A DNA stretch of 64,000 nt from Pseudobdellovibrionaceae bacterium (GTDB lineage: Bacteria; Bdellovibrionota; Bdellovibrionia; Bdellovibrionales; JAMPXM01). The position numbers and the translations under genes are program-made. The DNA is taken from positions 22,468 to 86,467 of the forward strand of contig JAJTYM010000008.1 of NCBI GenBank assembly GCA_021463345.1. Direction: 5' to 3'. Of the stretch, positions 48,424 to 58,473 are shown one piece after another. The notes below the pieces were generated by a model, which was given only the letters and a program-made list of their open reading frames with translations, made no database searches and had not been told where the DNA came from. Numbering within the stretch: position 1 is the stretch's first letter; every line of letters begins with the position of its first letter.

Positions 48424-49543
48424 ACTGAGGCGCGTCCCGTTGTGTTTCGCCGTTGTCGCGCTCGCCGCGACGGCGCCGGGGTGCGCGTCGAAGATCCTCA
48501 AGGTCGAAAACAGCGACCAGATCCTCGAGAACAAGGAATACGACGACGCTCTGGACGTTCGGGAACTCGATCCCGAGGCGGGGCCGGGCCATCCGGAGGG
48601 CGGCTTGTACGTTTCGGGGGACGCGCCCGCCTACGTGCTGCCCCCGTCGCAACAGGCGGCGCCGACGACGACGGGCAAGGGCAAAGGCAAAACGCCGCGC
48701 AAGGGGCCCATCGAGAAAACGAAGGAGTCCAAAAGCGCCAAAGCGCCCCCGGGGCCGCCGGTTTCACCCCCTTCCCCGGTCCCCGCGCGGCGCCAACCCG
48801 AGATCGAGGACGCAGAGGGGTTCAGCGGCCGCCGTCCGGTCGTCGACCCGTTCCGCGCGGGCGAATCGGTGACCCTCGAGGCGAGCTATTTCAACGTGGT
48901 CGCCGGCGACATCACGCTCCAAGTCCGCCCCTTCAAGGTCGTCAACGGCCGCAAGTCGTATCACTTCGCGGGAATCGCGCGCTCGACGTCGGTGTTCGCG
49001 GTGTTCTACGCCGTCGATGATTTCATGGAAACGTTCGTCGATTACGACGACCTGATCCCCTACAACTACGCGCTCGACGTCAAGGAGTCCAAACAGCTCC
49101 GCAAAGTCGCGTCTTTCTTCGACTGGAAGAAGCTGCGGGGCTACGTCTGGGACCGCAAGGTCAAGCCGGACAAGACCGTCGAGGACAAGAAATACGAGTG
49201 GGAGATCCAGCCGTTCTCGCAGAACGTGTTCAGCGCGCCGTTTTACCTGCGCACGTTCCGGCTCGAGCCCGGCAAGAAGGTGCATTACCGCGTCGGCCAC
49301 GAGGGCAAGAACATCGTCGTGACCGGCGAGGTCCTGCGCCGGGAGAAGCTCGACACCAACGTCGGCGCGCTGAACACGGTCGTCGTGAAACCGAAGATCG
49401 AGATCGACGGCGTCTTCAAGCCCATCGGCGACGTTTATTTCTGGCTGACCGACGACGACCGCAAGTTCATCGTCCGCATCGAGGCGAAGATCAGGATCGG
49501 CAAGGTCGTCGCCGAAGTGAAGTCCATCGACAGAGGGCAGTGA
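48416..49543 (+). CDS. DUF3108 domain protein, probable lipoprotein with Pro/Lys-rich linker
   Basis: The signal with Cys is ...ALAATAPGC. The low-complexity linker is PPSQQAAPTTTGKGKGKTPRKGP.... The DUF3108-like body is LEASYFNVVAGDITL...YFWLTDDDRKFIVRIEAKI..G. Confidence 0.7.
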   Translation: MTELRRVPLCFAVVALAATAPGCASKILKVENSDQILENKEYDDALDVRELDPEAGPGHPEGGLYVSGDAPAYVLPPSQQAAPTTTGKGKGKTPRKGPIEKTKESKSAKAPPGPPVSPPSPVPARRQPEIEDAEGFSGRRPVVDPFRAGESVTLEASYFNVVAGDITLQVRPFKVVNGRKSYHFAGIARSTSVFAVFYAVDDFMETFVDYDDLIPYNYALDVKESKQLRKVASFFDWKKLRGYVWDRKVKPDKTVEDKKYEWEIQPFSQNVFSAPFYLRTFRLEPGKKVHYRVGHEGKNIVVTGEVLRREKLDTNVGALNTVVVKPKIEIDGVFKPIGDVYFWLTDDDRKFIVRIEAKIRIGKVVAEVKSIDRGQ

Positions 49544-49624
49544 GCCGCGCCGGGGAGGGACGGGCCGGCATTCTGGCCCGTGGTCGCGTTGGGTTCGGCC
49601 GCCGCGCGGCGTACACTGGAGCCC

Positions 49625-50893
49625 ATGGCGATGATCGAATGCAGGCATTTCAGCGGCTATAAGCCGTGCGGCAAGAACGCGATTTGCGACTCCCTCTGCC
49701 CCTCGTTGAGCGTCCCGACGGTCCGGGTCCTGATCGTCCACCTGGAGGCTTTGGGGGCGGTGCTGCGGTCGACGAGCCTGCTGGCCGGGATCCGCCGGAA
49801 ATACCCCGACGCGCACGTCACTTGGGTCACGCAGAAGCCGGCTGACCAACTGCTCAGGAACAACCCGTGCATCGACCGCGTCCTCACCACCGAGCGCGAC
49901 GATCTGCTCGCGCTTTCGGCCCTGAGGTTCGACGTCGGCCTGTGCGTGGACAAGAGCCTGAAGGCCATGGGCGTGATGGGGCGGGCGGGCGTGGACCGCG
50001 TCTACGGTTTCAAACACGACGGGCGCACCGGCGCGATCCTGCCGGCGACCGCGGCGGCGAGCGAACTGTGGGAACTCGGCCTCGACGACCATCGCAAATT
50101 CCACGTCAATCAAAAGCCCGAGACGCGGTTGAGCCGGGAGGCCCTCGAGCTCCCGGGCGTCCTGAACGGGTCTCCCGAAGCGAGCGACGAGTACGTCGTG
50201 GCGTTGACGGAAGCGGAGTCCCGCGAGGCGGCGGCGCGCCGCCGCCTGTGGAAGGGGCCGGCCCGCGCGCTCATCGGGATCAATACGGGTTGCAGTTCCA
50301 CGATCCCCCACAAAAAGCTGTCCATCGAAACGCATCGCGCCCTGATCCGGGAGCTGGCGGCGGTGCCGGGCGTGCGGATCGCGCTTCTCGGCGGCGGGGA
50401 GGATGAGCTCCGCAACCAAAGGATCGCGCACGGGCTCGGCGTGGTTCGCACGCCGACGGGAGAGGGGCTCCGGGATGGCCTGATCAGCGTTCAAGCTTGT
50501 GACATCGTCGTCACGGGTGATAGTTTGGGGATGCACATGGCGATCGCGACGAAGAAGTGGGTCGTCGCCTGGTTCGGGCCCACGTGCGCGCAGGAGATCG
50601 AACTCTACGGGCGGGGCGTGAAAGTGACGACGACGGCGGGCTGCGCGCCTTGCTGGAAACGCGAGTGCGCGAAGTCCCCCATGTGCCACGACCTCGTCCC
50701 GCTCGCGGCCCTCAAAGCCGGGGTGGTCGAGGGCCTGGCGCGGCTCGCGCCGGGCACCGTCGAACCCGCGCGGAAGGATCGGTTTGTCACAAGCGGAAGC
50801 GCTCCATGCACGGCGGATCCTCATTCTCCAGACGGCGTTCGTCGGGGACCTGCTGCTCGGGATCCCGCTCCTGAAACGCCTGCGGGGGCGTGA
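49625..50893 (+). CDS. Glycosyltransferase family 9 (heptosyltransferase-like) with N- and C-terminal Cys clusters
   Basis: The sequence is VRVLIVHLEALGAVLRSTSLLAGIRRKYPDAHVTWV...GDSLGMHMAIA. The Cys clusters are CRHFSGYKPCGKNAICDSLC and CAPCWKRECAKSPMC. Confidence 0.8.
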   Translation: MAMIECRHFSGYKPCGKNAICDSLCPSLSVPTVRVLIVHLEALGAVLRSTSLLAGIRRKYPDAHVTWVTQKPADQLLRNNPCIDRVLTTERDDLLALSALRFDVGLCVDKSLKAMGVMGRAGVDRVYGFKHDGRTGAILPATAAASELWELGLDDHRKFHVNQKPETRLSREALELPGVLNGSPEASDEYVVALTEAESREAAARRRLWKGPARALIGINTGCSSTIPHKKLSIETHRALIRELAAVPGVRIALLGGGEDELRNQRIAHGLGVVRTPTGEGLRDGLISVQACDIVVTGDSLGMHMAIATKKWVVAWFGPTCAQEIELYGRGVKVTTTAGCAPCWKRECAKSPMCHDLVPLAALKAGVVEGLARLAPGTVEPARKDRFVTSGSAPCTADPHSPDGVRRGPAARDPAPETPAGA

Positions 50894-51968
50894 GCCGCGG
50901 GCGCTCCTGCACCTCCATTGCCGCAAGGGCCTCGGCGACTTTTTCCTCGAATTCGACTTGGTCGATGAGGTCACCGAGGTCGACAAGGCCGACGCGGCCA
51001 GCGTGGCTGCGGCCGCCGCGCGCCTGCGCGAGCGCGATTGGGACTGGGTGATCTGCCCGCATGAGTCGCTGCGCACGCACAATCTCGCGCGCTCGTTGCG
51101 TTCCGCACGCAAGACGGGATACCGGAACTTCTGGAACCGGCTGGTATTCGACGACCGGGTCGAGCGGCCGATGGCGTTGCCGGAGGCGCTGCGCCAGCTC
51201 GCTCTGCTGGGGAACCACGACGCCGTGGTGCGGGAGGCTTTGGGCTCGTACCCGCGGCCGCCCGATCTCAAATCGTTCCCTGAGCTCGCGTCGCTCGATT
51301 CGCGGGTTTTGGGGCCGGTGCCACCGTGGGCGTCGATGGCGGTGCCGCGGCTCGCGCGGCTGCACGAGGGGCGCGCGGAACCCGCGACCGCCGCGTCTTT
51401 GAGCGCCGCGGCCGCCGCGCTCGCGCGCGAGTTGGCGCTGTTCGGGGACCGCGGCTCCGGAGTCGCGTTTCTCGCCCCGGGCTCCGTCTGGCCGACGAAG
51501 ATGTGGACGCGCGAAGGGTACGTCGCCTGCGCGAAGGAACTCGGGAAAATGGGTTTTCGAGTCGTGTTGACGGGTGCGCCGGCCGAAGCGGGCCTGTGCG
51601 CCGCCATCGCCGGTGCGGCCGGCGCGGCCAGCGTGGCCGGGCGCGCGTCGCTGGCGCAAAGCGCGGAATTGCTCGCGTTGGCCGATCTTTTGATCTGCAA
51701 CGACAGCGGTGCCATGCACATGGCGGCGGCGTGCGGGGTCCCGAGCGTGTCGGTTTTCGGGCCGACGACGTTGGCCCTGGGCTACAGGCCCTGGCAGGAC
51801 GCCGCGCGGGTGGTGCAGCTGAACCTCAAGTGCCGCCCGTGCGGGAAACACGGGGCGAAGGCGTGCCCGCTCGGCACGCACGAATGCATGAAGGCGATCC
51901 CGGCGTCGAGCGTGATGATCGAAGCCGGGGAACTGCTCGCGCGCGGCGCCGGCCGCGTCGGCCTCTGA
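50784..51968 (+). CDS. Glycosyltransferase family 9 (WaaF/heptosyltransferase II-like)
   Basis: The sequence is RILILQTAFVGDLLLGIPLLKRL, ...WPTKMW..., CNDSGAMHMAAA, CRPCGKHGAKACPLGTHECM. It has a TTG start and overlaps the previous GT9 by about 110 nt. Confidence 0.8.
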   Translation: MSQAEALHARRILILQTAFVGDLLLGIPLLKRLRGREPRALLHLHCRKGLGDFFLEFDLVDEVTEVDKADAASVAAAAARLRERDWDWVICPHESLRTHNLARSLRSARKTGYRNFWNRLVFDDRVERPMALPEALRQLALLGNHDAVVREALGSYPRPPDLKSFPELASLDSRVLGPVPPWASMAVPRLARLHEGRAEPATAASLSAAAAALARELALFGDRGSGVAFLAPGSVWPTKMWTREGYVACAKELGKMGFRVVLTGAPAEAGLCAAIAGAAGAASVAGRASLAQSAELLALADLLICNDSGAMHMAAACGVPSVSVFGPTTLALGYRPWQDAARVVQLNLKCRPCGKHGAKACPLGTHECMKAIPASSVMIEAGELLARGAGRVGL

Positions 51969-51992
51969 GGGCGGGCGAACCGCTTCGCCCGC

Positions 51993-53402
51993 TCATTCCC
52001 CCGAGTATTCCTTCACGTTGATGCCGTATTTCTTGATTTTCCTGAGGAGCGTGTTCTTGGGGATGTTGGCCTCGGCCACCGTTTTGTTGATCTTGCCCTT
52101 GTTGGCCTTGAGCGCGCTGATGATGAACTCGCGCTCCGCGTTCTCCTTGAACGCCTCGAAGTCGAGCGGGCCCGCGTATCCCCGGCTCAGGTTGAGATCG
52201 ACGCTCTCCCTGCTCTTGCGCACGAGGTGCTCGGGCAGCGAATCGATGGTGATCCGGTCGCCGTTCTCGACGATGAACGCGCGCTCGATCGCGTTTTCGA
52301 GTTCGCGGATGTTGCCCGGCCAACGGTAATTGCGCAGCACGCGGAGCGCGTCGTCGCCGATGCCGACGATCGCGCGGTTGTGCTGCCTGTTGAAGCGCTT
52401 GATGAAGTACTGCGCGAGGTCCCCGATGTCATCGGTCCGTTCGCGCAGCGGCGGCAGGAAGATCGGCATGACGTTCAGGCGGTAGAACAGGTCCTCGCGG
52501 AAATCGCCCTCCTCGATGAGTTTCTCGAGGTTGCGGTTGGTCGCCGCGATGATGCGCGCGTCGGTCTTGACCTCGCGGTTGCCGCCGACGGGCACGAATT
52601 TGCGTTCCTGCAGCACGCGCAGCAGCTTCACTTGCATGTCGGGCCGGAGCTCGCCGATCTCATCGAGGAAGATCGTGCCGCCGTTGGCGAGCTGGAATTT
52701 CCCGATCTTGCGCTCGTGCGCGCCGGTGAAGGCCCCTTTTTCGTGCCCGAAGAGCTCGGACTCCATCAACGCTTCGGGGATGGCGCCGCAGTTGATCGCG
52801 ACCATCGAGCCGTTCTTGCGGGGCGAGTTGTAGTGGATCGCGCGCGCGACGAGTTCTTTGCCCGTGCCGTTCTCCCCGCGGATCAGGACCGTCGTCTCGA
52901 CTTTCGCCAGGCGGTGGATCAGGTCGAAGACCTCGCGCATCTTGCGCGAGGTGCCGACGAACTCGCTGTCGACGTCGTCGTCGAGGATCGGGTTGGAAAT
53001 CGCCAGGCGGGAGACCATCTCGCGGGCGTCGTACGCGCGCCGCAGGAGCTCGGCGAGTTTCTGCGGCTGCACGGGTTTTTCGAGGTAGTCGTAGGCGCCT
53101 TCCTTGACCGCGGCGACCGCGTCCTGGAGGTTCGCGTGCGCCGTCATCAGCACGACGAACGTGCGCGGATCGTGGTCCTTGATCAATTTGAGCGCCTCGA
53201 TGCCGGAGAGCTTCGGCATGCGCACGTCCATGAGGACGATGTCCCAAGCCGCGGACTTGTACGTTTCCAGAGCTTGAAGGCCGTCGGCCGCCTCCCCGAT
53301 CGCGAACTCGAAGTCGGGGAGCGCGTTCTGCAGGATCGTGATCACGGTCTTGCGCAATTCCGCCTCGTCGTCGACGATGAGCGCGCTCAAATGGTTTTTC
53401 AT
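51993..53402 (-). CDS. Sigma-54-dependent response regulator (NtrC family: REC + AAA+ + Fis-type HTH)
   Basis: 469 aa from the ATG at 53402. It has REC (LIVDDEAELR...LMDVRMPKLSG), the AAA+ Walker A (GENGTGKE), GAFTGA and ESELFGHEKGAFTGA, and a C-terminal HTH. The longer track ORF (to 54914) is read-through of the kinase shadow frame. Confidence 0.92.
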   Translation of the reverse strand: MKNHLSALIVDDEAELRKTVITILQNALPDFEFAIGEAADGLQALETYKSAAWDIVLMDVRMPKLSGIEALKLIKDHDPRTFVVLMTAHANLQDAVAAVKEGAYDYLEKPVQPQKLAELLRRAYDAREMVSRLAISNPILDDDVDSEFVGTSRKMREVFDLIHRLAKVETTVLIRGENGTGKELVARAIHYNSPRKNGSMVAINCGAIPEALMESELFGHEKGAFTGAHERKIGKFQLANGGTIFLDEIGELRPDMQVKLLRVLQERKFVPVGGNREVKTDARIIAATNRNLEKLIEEGDFREDLFYRLNVMPIFLPPLRERTDDIGDLAQYFIKRFNRQHNRAIVGIGDDALRVLRNYRWPGNIRELENAIERAFIVENGDRITIDSLPEHLVRKSRESVDLNLSRGYAGPLDFEAFKENAEREFIISALKANKGKINKTVAEANIPKNTLLRKIKKYGINVKEYSGE

Positions 53403-55408
53403 GCGTTCCCTCCTTGATCGGGGGCGGCGTCTCCGGCCCCCGCGCCGGCGAACCCGGTTGTAACGGAAAGCGACTCCCCAGGCACCGTGTTTTCGGCGGT
53501 TGACGCCCCCTCGTCCGCGACCGGGACCGAGAAGCCGATCCTCGTGCCGCCGCCCGGCCGGGGGTCGCTTTCGAGGAAGACGCGCCCGCCGTGCAGCTCG
53601 ACGAAGTACTTCACGAGATACAGGCCGAGCCCCGTGCCCTTGGCGTCGAACTCCATGTTCCTGCCGCGGGTGAATTTGCCCCAGACGCGCTCCCGGTCCT
53701 CGGGCGCGATGCCGACGCCGTTGTCCTCGACGATGACGAAGACGTTGTCGTCCTGTTCCAGGGAGGTGATCGCCACCGAACCGCCCGCGGGCGTGTATTT
53801 GATGGCGTTCTCGATGAGGTTGAGGATGACCTCCTGGATCAGCGTGGGGTCGGCCTCGATGGAGAACATGGGTTCGAGGCTCTGGTTCAGGCGGATGCGT
53901 TTCTCGCTGGCGAGCGGAGCCAGGCGCTGGACGACCTTGTCGATCTGCTCGTTGATGTCGAGGACCTCTTTGTTGATCTTGAAATCCCTGGCCTCGACGC
54001 GTGTCACCTGGAGGATCGACCGGATGTACCTGTGCAAGTCGTCGGACGAGCGGCGCAGGGCCGTCAGGTCGGGCGTGATCTCGGCCGGGGCGTTGAGCAG
54101 CAGCCGGTCGACGATCCCCTGGATCTTCGCGATCGGGGTCTTCAGGTCGTGCGACATCATGCTGACGAAGTTGTTTTTGAGTTTCTCGATCTCGATCAGG
54201 TAGCGGCGCTCCTGTTCGAGGCGCCAAGTCTTCTGCTCGTTCTGCGCGAGTTGGTAGCTGAGGAAAATGATGTACGTGAAGCCGAGCTGCGCGAGCGGTG
54301 AGAGCACGGGGACCCAGACGTAGTGCGAGTCGAAGGCCCAAGCGGAGAGAGCCGCGACGAGCGTGCCGGCCCAGACGAAGAGGATCAGCGCCACCGTCTG
54401 CGGGTAACTCGACAGCAGCCACGCCGAGAAGAGCATCAGGGCGAAGAGCCCGACGAGGTAGGCGGTGTCGGGCGCGCGGCGTATCGATTTGTCGCCGAGC
54501 ACGTTGTCGGTGATGTTGGCGAGGGCCTCCGCGCGGCTCATGCGCCCGACCGGCGTCTGCAGCTGATCGATGGGGCTCGTGCTGGAGCCAATGAGGATGA
54601 TCTTGCCGCGCAGGATCTCGAGCGGGACGCGGCGTTCGAGCACGTCGCGGACGTTGAGCGTCACGAAGGTCTCGCTCGGCCCCATGAAGTTGATCAACTG
54701 GGGCGTGTCCCAGCGGCCGTCGCGCGCGGCCGCCCCCCGCGCGACGCGCGCGAGCTGGAGCGGCATCCCGGGGATCCGCACGAGGGATGAGGAGAACCGG
54801 CGGACGGTGCCGTCGTCGTCGGCGCGCACGCTCTTGATCGCCGCCGCGGCCCCATGCGTGGTCGCGATATCGGGCACCAGCGCTCGGCCGGCGGCGTCGA
54901 GATCGGCGCCCCAAACGACTCTTCCGTCGGTGAAGATCCCGCGCTGGCGCTCGGTGAGGTCCGTCGTCCGCATGGCGTCGCCGAAATAGAGCGCGACGCC
55001 GACGGCCGCTGGTTCCTGCTCGAGGGCGGTCGCGAGCAATTGCTCCCAGAGCTCAGGCGCCCAGAAGAAGCTGTCGTTGAAGTTCATGATCTCTTTGAGC
55101 GGCCGGATCAGATTGCGCGTTTCCGCTCCGTGCAGGGCCGTCCAGTCGCGTTCGGGGATGTCGATGATGACCACGCGCGGGTCCGGGACGCGCGCGCTGC
55201 GGATCTGAAAACGCATGTCGTAATTGTTCGCTTCGTCGAGCATCAAAAACGTCGCGCCGATCGAAAAACAAAGCAGCGCGCGCAACCAGAACGCGCGCGT
55301 CCTCCAGGCGACGAGACTCGCGTAATAAGCCGTTTTTTTGAGATCCGACAGATGGTGGCGCATGGATGACGCAATGTATCTATTGCTTTCAAAAAGATCA
55401 ATAAGCAT
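53399..55408 (-). CDS. CHASE2-domain sensor histidine kinase
   Basis: An N-terminal TM segment and a CHASE2-like periplasmic region are followed by 3 TM segments, HisKA (FVSMMSHDLKTPI) and HATPase_c (GTGLGLYLVKYFVELHGG). Its stop overlaps the regulator ATG (ATGA). The start may instead be 55363. Confidence 0.85.
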   Translation of the reverse strand: MLIDLFESNRYIASSMRHHLSDLKKTAYYASLVAWRTRAFWLRALLCFSIGATFLMLDEANNYDMRFQIRSARVPDPRVVIIDIPERDWTALHGAETRNLIRPLKEIMNFNDSFFWAPELWEQLLATALEQEPAAVGVALYFGDAMRTTDLTERQRGIFTDGRVVWGADLDAAGRALVPDIATTHGAAAAIKSVRADDDGTVRRFSSSLVRIPGMPLQLARVARGAAARDGRWDTPQLINFMGPSETFVTLNVRDVLERRVPLEILRGKIILIGSSTSPIDQLQTPVGRMSRAEALANITDNVLGDKSIRRAPDTAYLVGLFALMLFSAWLLSSYPQTVALILFVWAGTLVAALSAWAFDSHYVWVPVLSPLAQLGFTYIIFLSYQLAQNEQKTWRLEQERRYLIEIEKLKNNFVSMMSHDLKTPIAKIQGIVDRLLLNAPAEITPDLTALRRSSDDLHRYIRSILQVTRVEARDFKINKEVLDINEQIDKVVQRLAPLASEKRIRLNQSLEPMFSIEADPTLIQEVILNLIENAIKYTPAGGSVAITSLEQDDNVFVIVEDNGVGIAPEDRERVWGKFTRGRNMEFDAKGTGLGLYLVKYFVELHGGRVFLESDPRPGGGTRIGFSVPVADEGASTAENTVPGESLSVTTGFAGAGAGDAAPDQGGNA

Positions 55409-55483
55409 GGGATAAGTTTGCTATTTTGGGGCTCGTCCGCAGCGAACGGCTGCCGGCGCTCCGGTAGGGACTCCGAGGTCACT

Positions 55484-56440
55484 GTGCAAGTTTTACAGGG
55501 CATCCGCGCATTGGACGCGCCGCTGACGCGCTCTGTGCTCACGATCGGCAATTTCGACGGCGTTCATCTCGGGCACCGCGAGCTGATCCGGCGCGTGCTC
55601 GCGCGCGCGCGGGAACGGTCGATTCCCGCGGCCGTCATGACGTTCGAACCCCATCCGGTGCAGGTTTTGTACCCCGACCGGCACCTCAAGCGTCTTTTCG
55701 ACCCGGACGATCAGCGACGCGAACTCGAAAAGGCGGGCGTCGACCTCCTCGTCGTCGAACCGTTCTCGCGCGAGTTCTCGCAGCTGCCTCCCGAGCGCTA
55801 CATTCAAGACTGGATCTTCCGGCCTTTCCGGCCGGATCTGCTCGTCGTCGGTTACGATTTCGCCTTCGGAGCCGACAAAGCCGGCACGCTCGACGTGTTG
55901 CGCGCCAAAGCCGCGACACTCGGCTTCGAAGTGGACGTGGTGGCGCCGATCCGCATCGACGGCCATCTGGTCTCGAGCAGCCGGGCGCGCGCCGCGGTCG
56001 CCGAGGGCGACGTCGCCCTCGCGGCGAAACTCCTGGGCCGGCGCTTCTACGTTTCCGGGATCGTCGAGAAGGGCGCCGGACGCGGGCGCACGATCGGCGT
56101 GCCGACGGCGAACCTGCGCACCGCGGTCGAGACCATTCCCGCCGAAGGCGTCTACGCCGCGTGGGTCGCGGCGCAGGGCGCGCGCCGCATGGCCGCGGTG
56201 AACGTCGGCCGCAACCCCACGTTTCAATCCGCGGGCGGCCCCGCGGCCTCCTCGGCGAGTCCCGTCGCGATCGAAGCCCATCTGCTCGGTTTCCAGGGCG
56301 ATCTCTACGGCGTGCCGTTGACGATCGAGTTCGCGGCGCGCTTGCGCGACGAGCGACGGTTCCCTTCCAAGGACGAGCTGGTCGCCCAGATCCGCGAGGA
56401 TCTCCGGCGCGCCGAGGCGGCGCTGCGAACCGGGGATTGA
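55484..56440 (+). CDS. ribF: Bifunctional riboflavin kinase / FMN adenylyltransferase
   Basis: The sequence is LTIGNFDGVHLGHRELI, ...TFEPHP..., a C-terminal riboflavin kinase region (GRTIGVPTANL) and ...EAHLL.F.GDLYG. It has a GTG start with GAGG upstream. Confidence 0.9.
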   Translation: MQVLQGIRALDAPLTRSVLTIGNFDGVHLGHRELIRRVLARARERSIPAAVMTFEPHPVQVLYPDRHLKRLFDPDDQRRELEKAGVDLLVVEPFSREFSQLPPERYIQDWIFRPFRPDLLVVGYDFAFGADKAGTLDVLRAKAATLGFEVDVVAPIRIDGHLVSSSRARAAVAEGDVALAAKLLGRRFYVSGIVEKGAGRGRTIGVPTANLRTAVETIPAEGVYAAWVAAQGARRMAAVNVGRNPTFQSAGGPAASSASPVAIEAHLLGFQGDLYGVPLTIEFAARLRDERRFPSKDELVAQIREDLRRAEAALRTGD

Positions 56441-56751
56441 GCGCCGCCGCGGGCCGAACCGGCCCTGTGTCGAGGCCCGTCCCGGAACGGGAATCGGTTC
56501 CGCCCCATACCGCGACGGATGGGCGGAGCGGCTCGACGCGCGACCGTCCGCGCGGGCGAATCCGCGCCTTCGACGGTTGAGCCCCGCCGCGTGTTTTCCG
56601 ATGAATCCACGTGCCCGGAGCTCGCGCTCCGCCGTGCCCGCGAGGGTTCGGACGTTGGTCCCGTTACCAACTTCGAGGCATGACGTTAAGCTGTCGAGAG
56701 GGCGTGGGAATTTTCGGATTCCGGATCCGCCCGAACGAAAGGGTAAAATCC

Positions 56752-58470
56752 GTGGGTTCTCGCAAAGGCTTGGGCGAGCTTCTCGTCCGCGAAAACTTGA
56801 TCGACATCGCGCAGCTGGAGGAGGCCAAGAAGGAGCAGAAGGCGCACGGCGGGCGGCTGAGCTCGGCGCTGGTCCGCATGGGCGCGATCAAGGACTCGGA
56901 ACTCGCCGAATTCCTCTCGCAGCAATACAGCGTGCCCGCCATCGACCTCGATCAGTTCGACGTCCCCGAGGACGCGCTCAAGACGCTCACGCGCGACATC
57001 TGCGAGAAGCACATGGTCGTGCCGGTGAACAAATCGGGGAACATCCTCGTCGTCGCGTTCTCGGACCCGAGCAACGTGTTCGTGCGCGACGACCTGAATT
57101 TCCTCACCAGGTGCAGGATCGAGGTCGTCGTGGCGCCGGAGATCGCGATCCAGCGCGCGCTCGACAGGTACTACCCCAAGGGGCAGACCAACCACACGCT
57201 CGGCTCGACGGTCACGGAACTCGAGCAGACCGACGACGCGCTCAATTTCATGGCGAGCCTCGAGGCGCAACTGCTCGAAACGGGCGACCAGGAGATGGGG
57301 CCGCTCGTCAAGTTCGTGAACCTCATGCTCGCCGAGGCCATCAAGCTCAAGGCGTCCGACATCCACATCGAGCCGTACGAGAAGCGCTTCCGCATCCGTT
57401 TCCGGATCGACGGCCTGCTGCACGAGAAAGTCCAGCCGCCGGCCGGCATCGCGGCCGCGCTCGTCAGCCGTTTGAAGATCATGTCCAAACTCAAGATCGA
57501 CGAGCGCCGCAAGCCGCAGGACGGGCGCCTCAAGGTGAAGACGGCGCAGGGGATGGAAGTCGACTTCCGCGTCTCGATCGTGCCGACGCTGTTCGGCGAG
57601 AAGATCGTGATGCGCCTGCTCGACAAGTCGAACCTGAAGCTCGACATGACGAAGCTCGGCTTCGAGGAAGACGACCTGAAGGTCTTCACGGAAAAGCTCA
57701 ACGAGCCACAGGGCATGATACTCGTCACCGGGCCGACGGGCTCCGGCAAGACGACGACGCTTTATTCGGCGCTCGCAAGCGTCAACGACCCGCAGATGAA
57801 CATCTCGACCGCGGAAGACCCGGTCGAGTTCAACCTCGACGGCATCAATCAAGTGCAGGTGCATCCCGACATCGGCTTCACGTTCGCCGAGGCGTTGCGC
57901 TCCTTCCTGCGCCAGGACCCCGATGTCATCCTCGTCGGCGAGATCCGGGACCTGGAGACGGCGGAAGTCGGTTTCAAGGCGGCGAGCACGGGCCACTTGG
58001 TCCTGAGCACGCTGCACACCAACGACGCCCCATCGACGGTCGCGCGCCTGCTCGACATGGGCGTGCAGGGCTTCCTGATCACGTCGACGGTCTCGTTGGT
58101 CGTCGCCCAGCGCCTGGCCGGCAAGATTTGCGAGAAATGCAAGGTCCCGCACAAGGTGGAGCCCGAAGTCCTGATCCAGCTCGGCGCGGCGCCCGAGGAA
58201 GTGGACGAGTACGACATCTGCCGCGGCGAAGGCTGCAGCGTGTGCAACATGACGGGCATCAAGGGCAGGATCGCCATCTACGAATTGATGACGATGACCG
58301 ACAACCTGCGCGAAGTGATCCTTGGGTCGGGGACGTCGCTCGAGATCAAGCAGGCGGCGATCCGGGGCGGCATGCGGAGCCTGCGCCAGGCCGCGCTGAT
58401 GAAGTTGAAGCGCGGGCAGATTTCGATCGAACAGCTGGCCTTCTCAACGGTTGCGGACGACAAGGCGTAA
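56752..58470 (+). CDS. pilB: Type IV pilus assembly ATPase PilB (GspE family)
   Basis: 572 aa from the GTG at 56752. It has an N-terminal T2SSE_N/MshEN domain (GELLVRENLIDIAQLEEA), Walker A (GPTGSGKTTT) and a tetracysteine motif (CEKC...CRGEGCSVC). Confidence 0.9.
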   Translation: MGSRKGLGELLVRENLIDIAQLEEAKKEQKAHGGRLSSALVRMGAIKDSELAEFLSQQYSVPAIDLDQFDVPEDALKTLTRDICEKHMVVPVNKSGNILVVAFSDPSNVFVRDDLNFLTRCRIEVVVAPEIAIQRALDRYYPKGQTNHTLGSTVTELEQTDDALNFMASLEAQLLETGDQEMGPLVKFVNLMLAEAIKLKASDIHIEPYEKRFRIRFRIDGLLHEKVQPPAGIAAALVSRLKIMSKLKIDERRKPQDGRLKVKTAQGMEVDFRVSIVPTLFGEKIVMRLLDKSNLKLDMTKLGFEEDDLKVFTEKLNEPQGMILVTGPTGSGKTTTLYSALASVNDPQMNISTAEDPVEFNLDGINQVQVHPDIGFTFAEALRSFLRQDPDVILVGEIRDLETAEVGFKAASTGHLVLSTLHTNDAPSTVARLLDMGVQGFLITSTVSLVVAQRLAGKICEKCKVPHKVEPEVLIQLGAAPEEVDEYDICRGEGCSVCNMTGIKGRIAIYELMTMTDNLREVILGSGTSLEIKQAAIRGGMRSLRQAALMKLKRGQISIEQLAFSTVADDKA

Positions 58471-58473
58471 AAT

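Noticed and set aside
51993-54914. A 973-aa ORF suggesting a giant fusion protein.
   Set aside because: Only the C-terminal 469 aa (from the ATG at 53402) form an NtrC-type regulator. The upstream part is an off-frame shadow of the CHASE2 kinase gene, whose stop overlaps that ATG.
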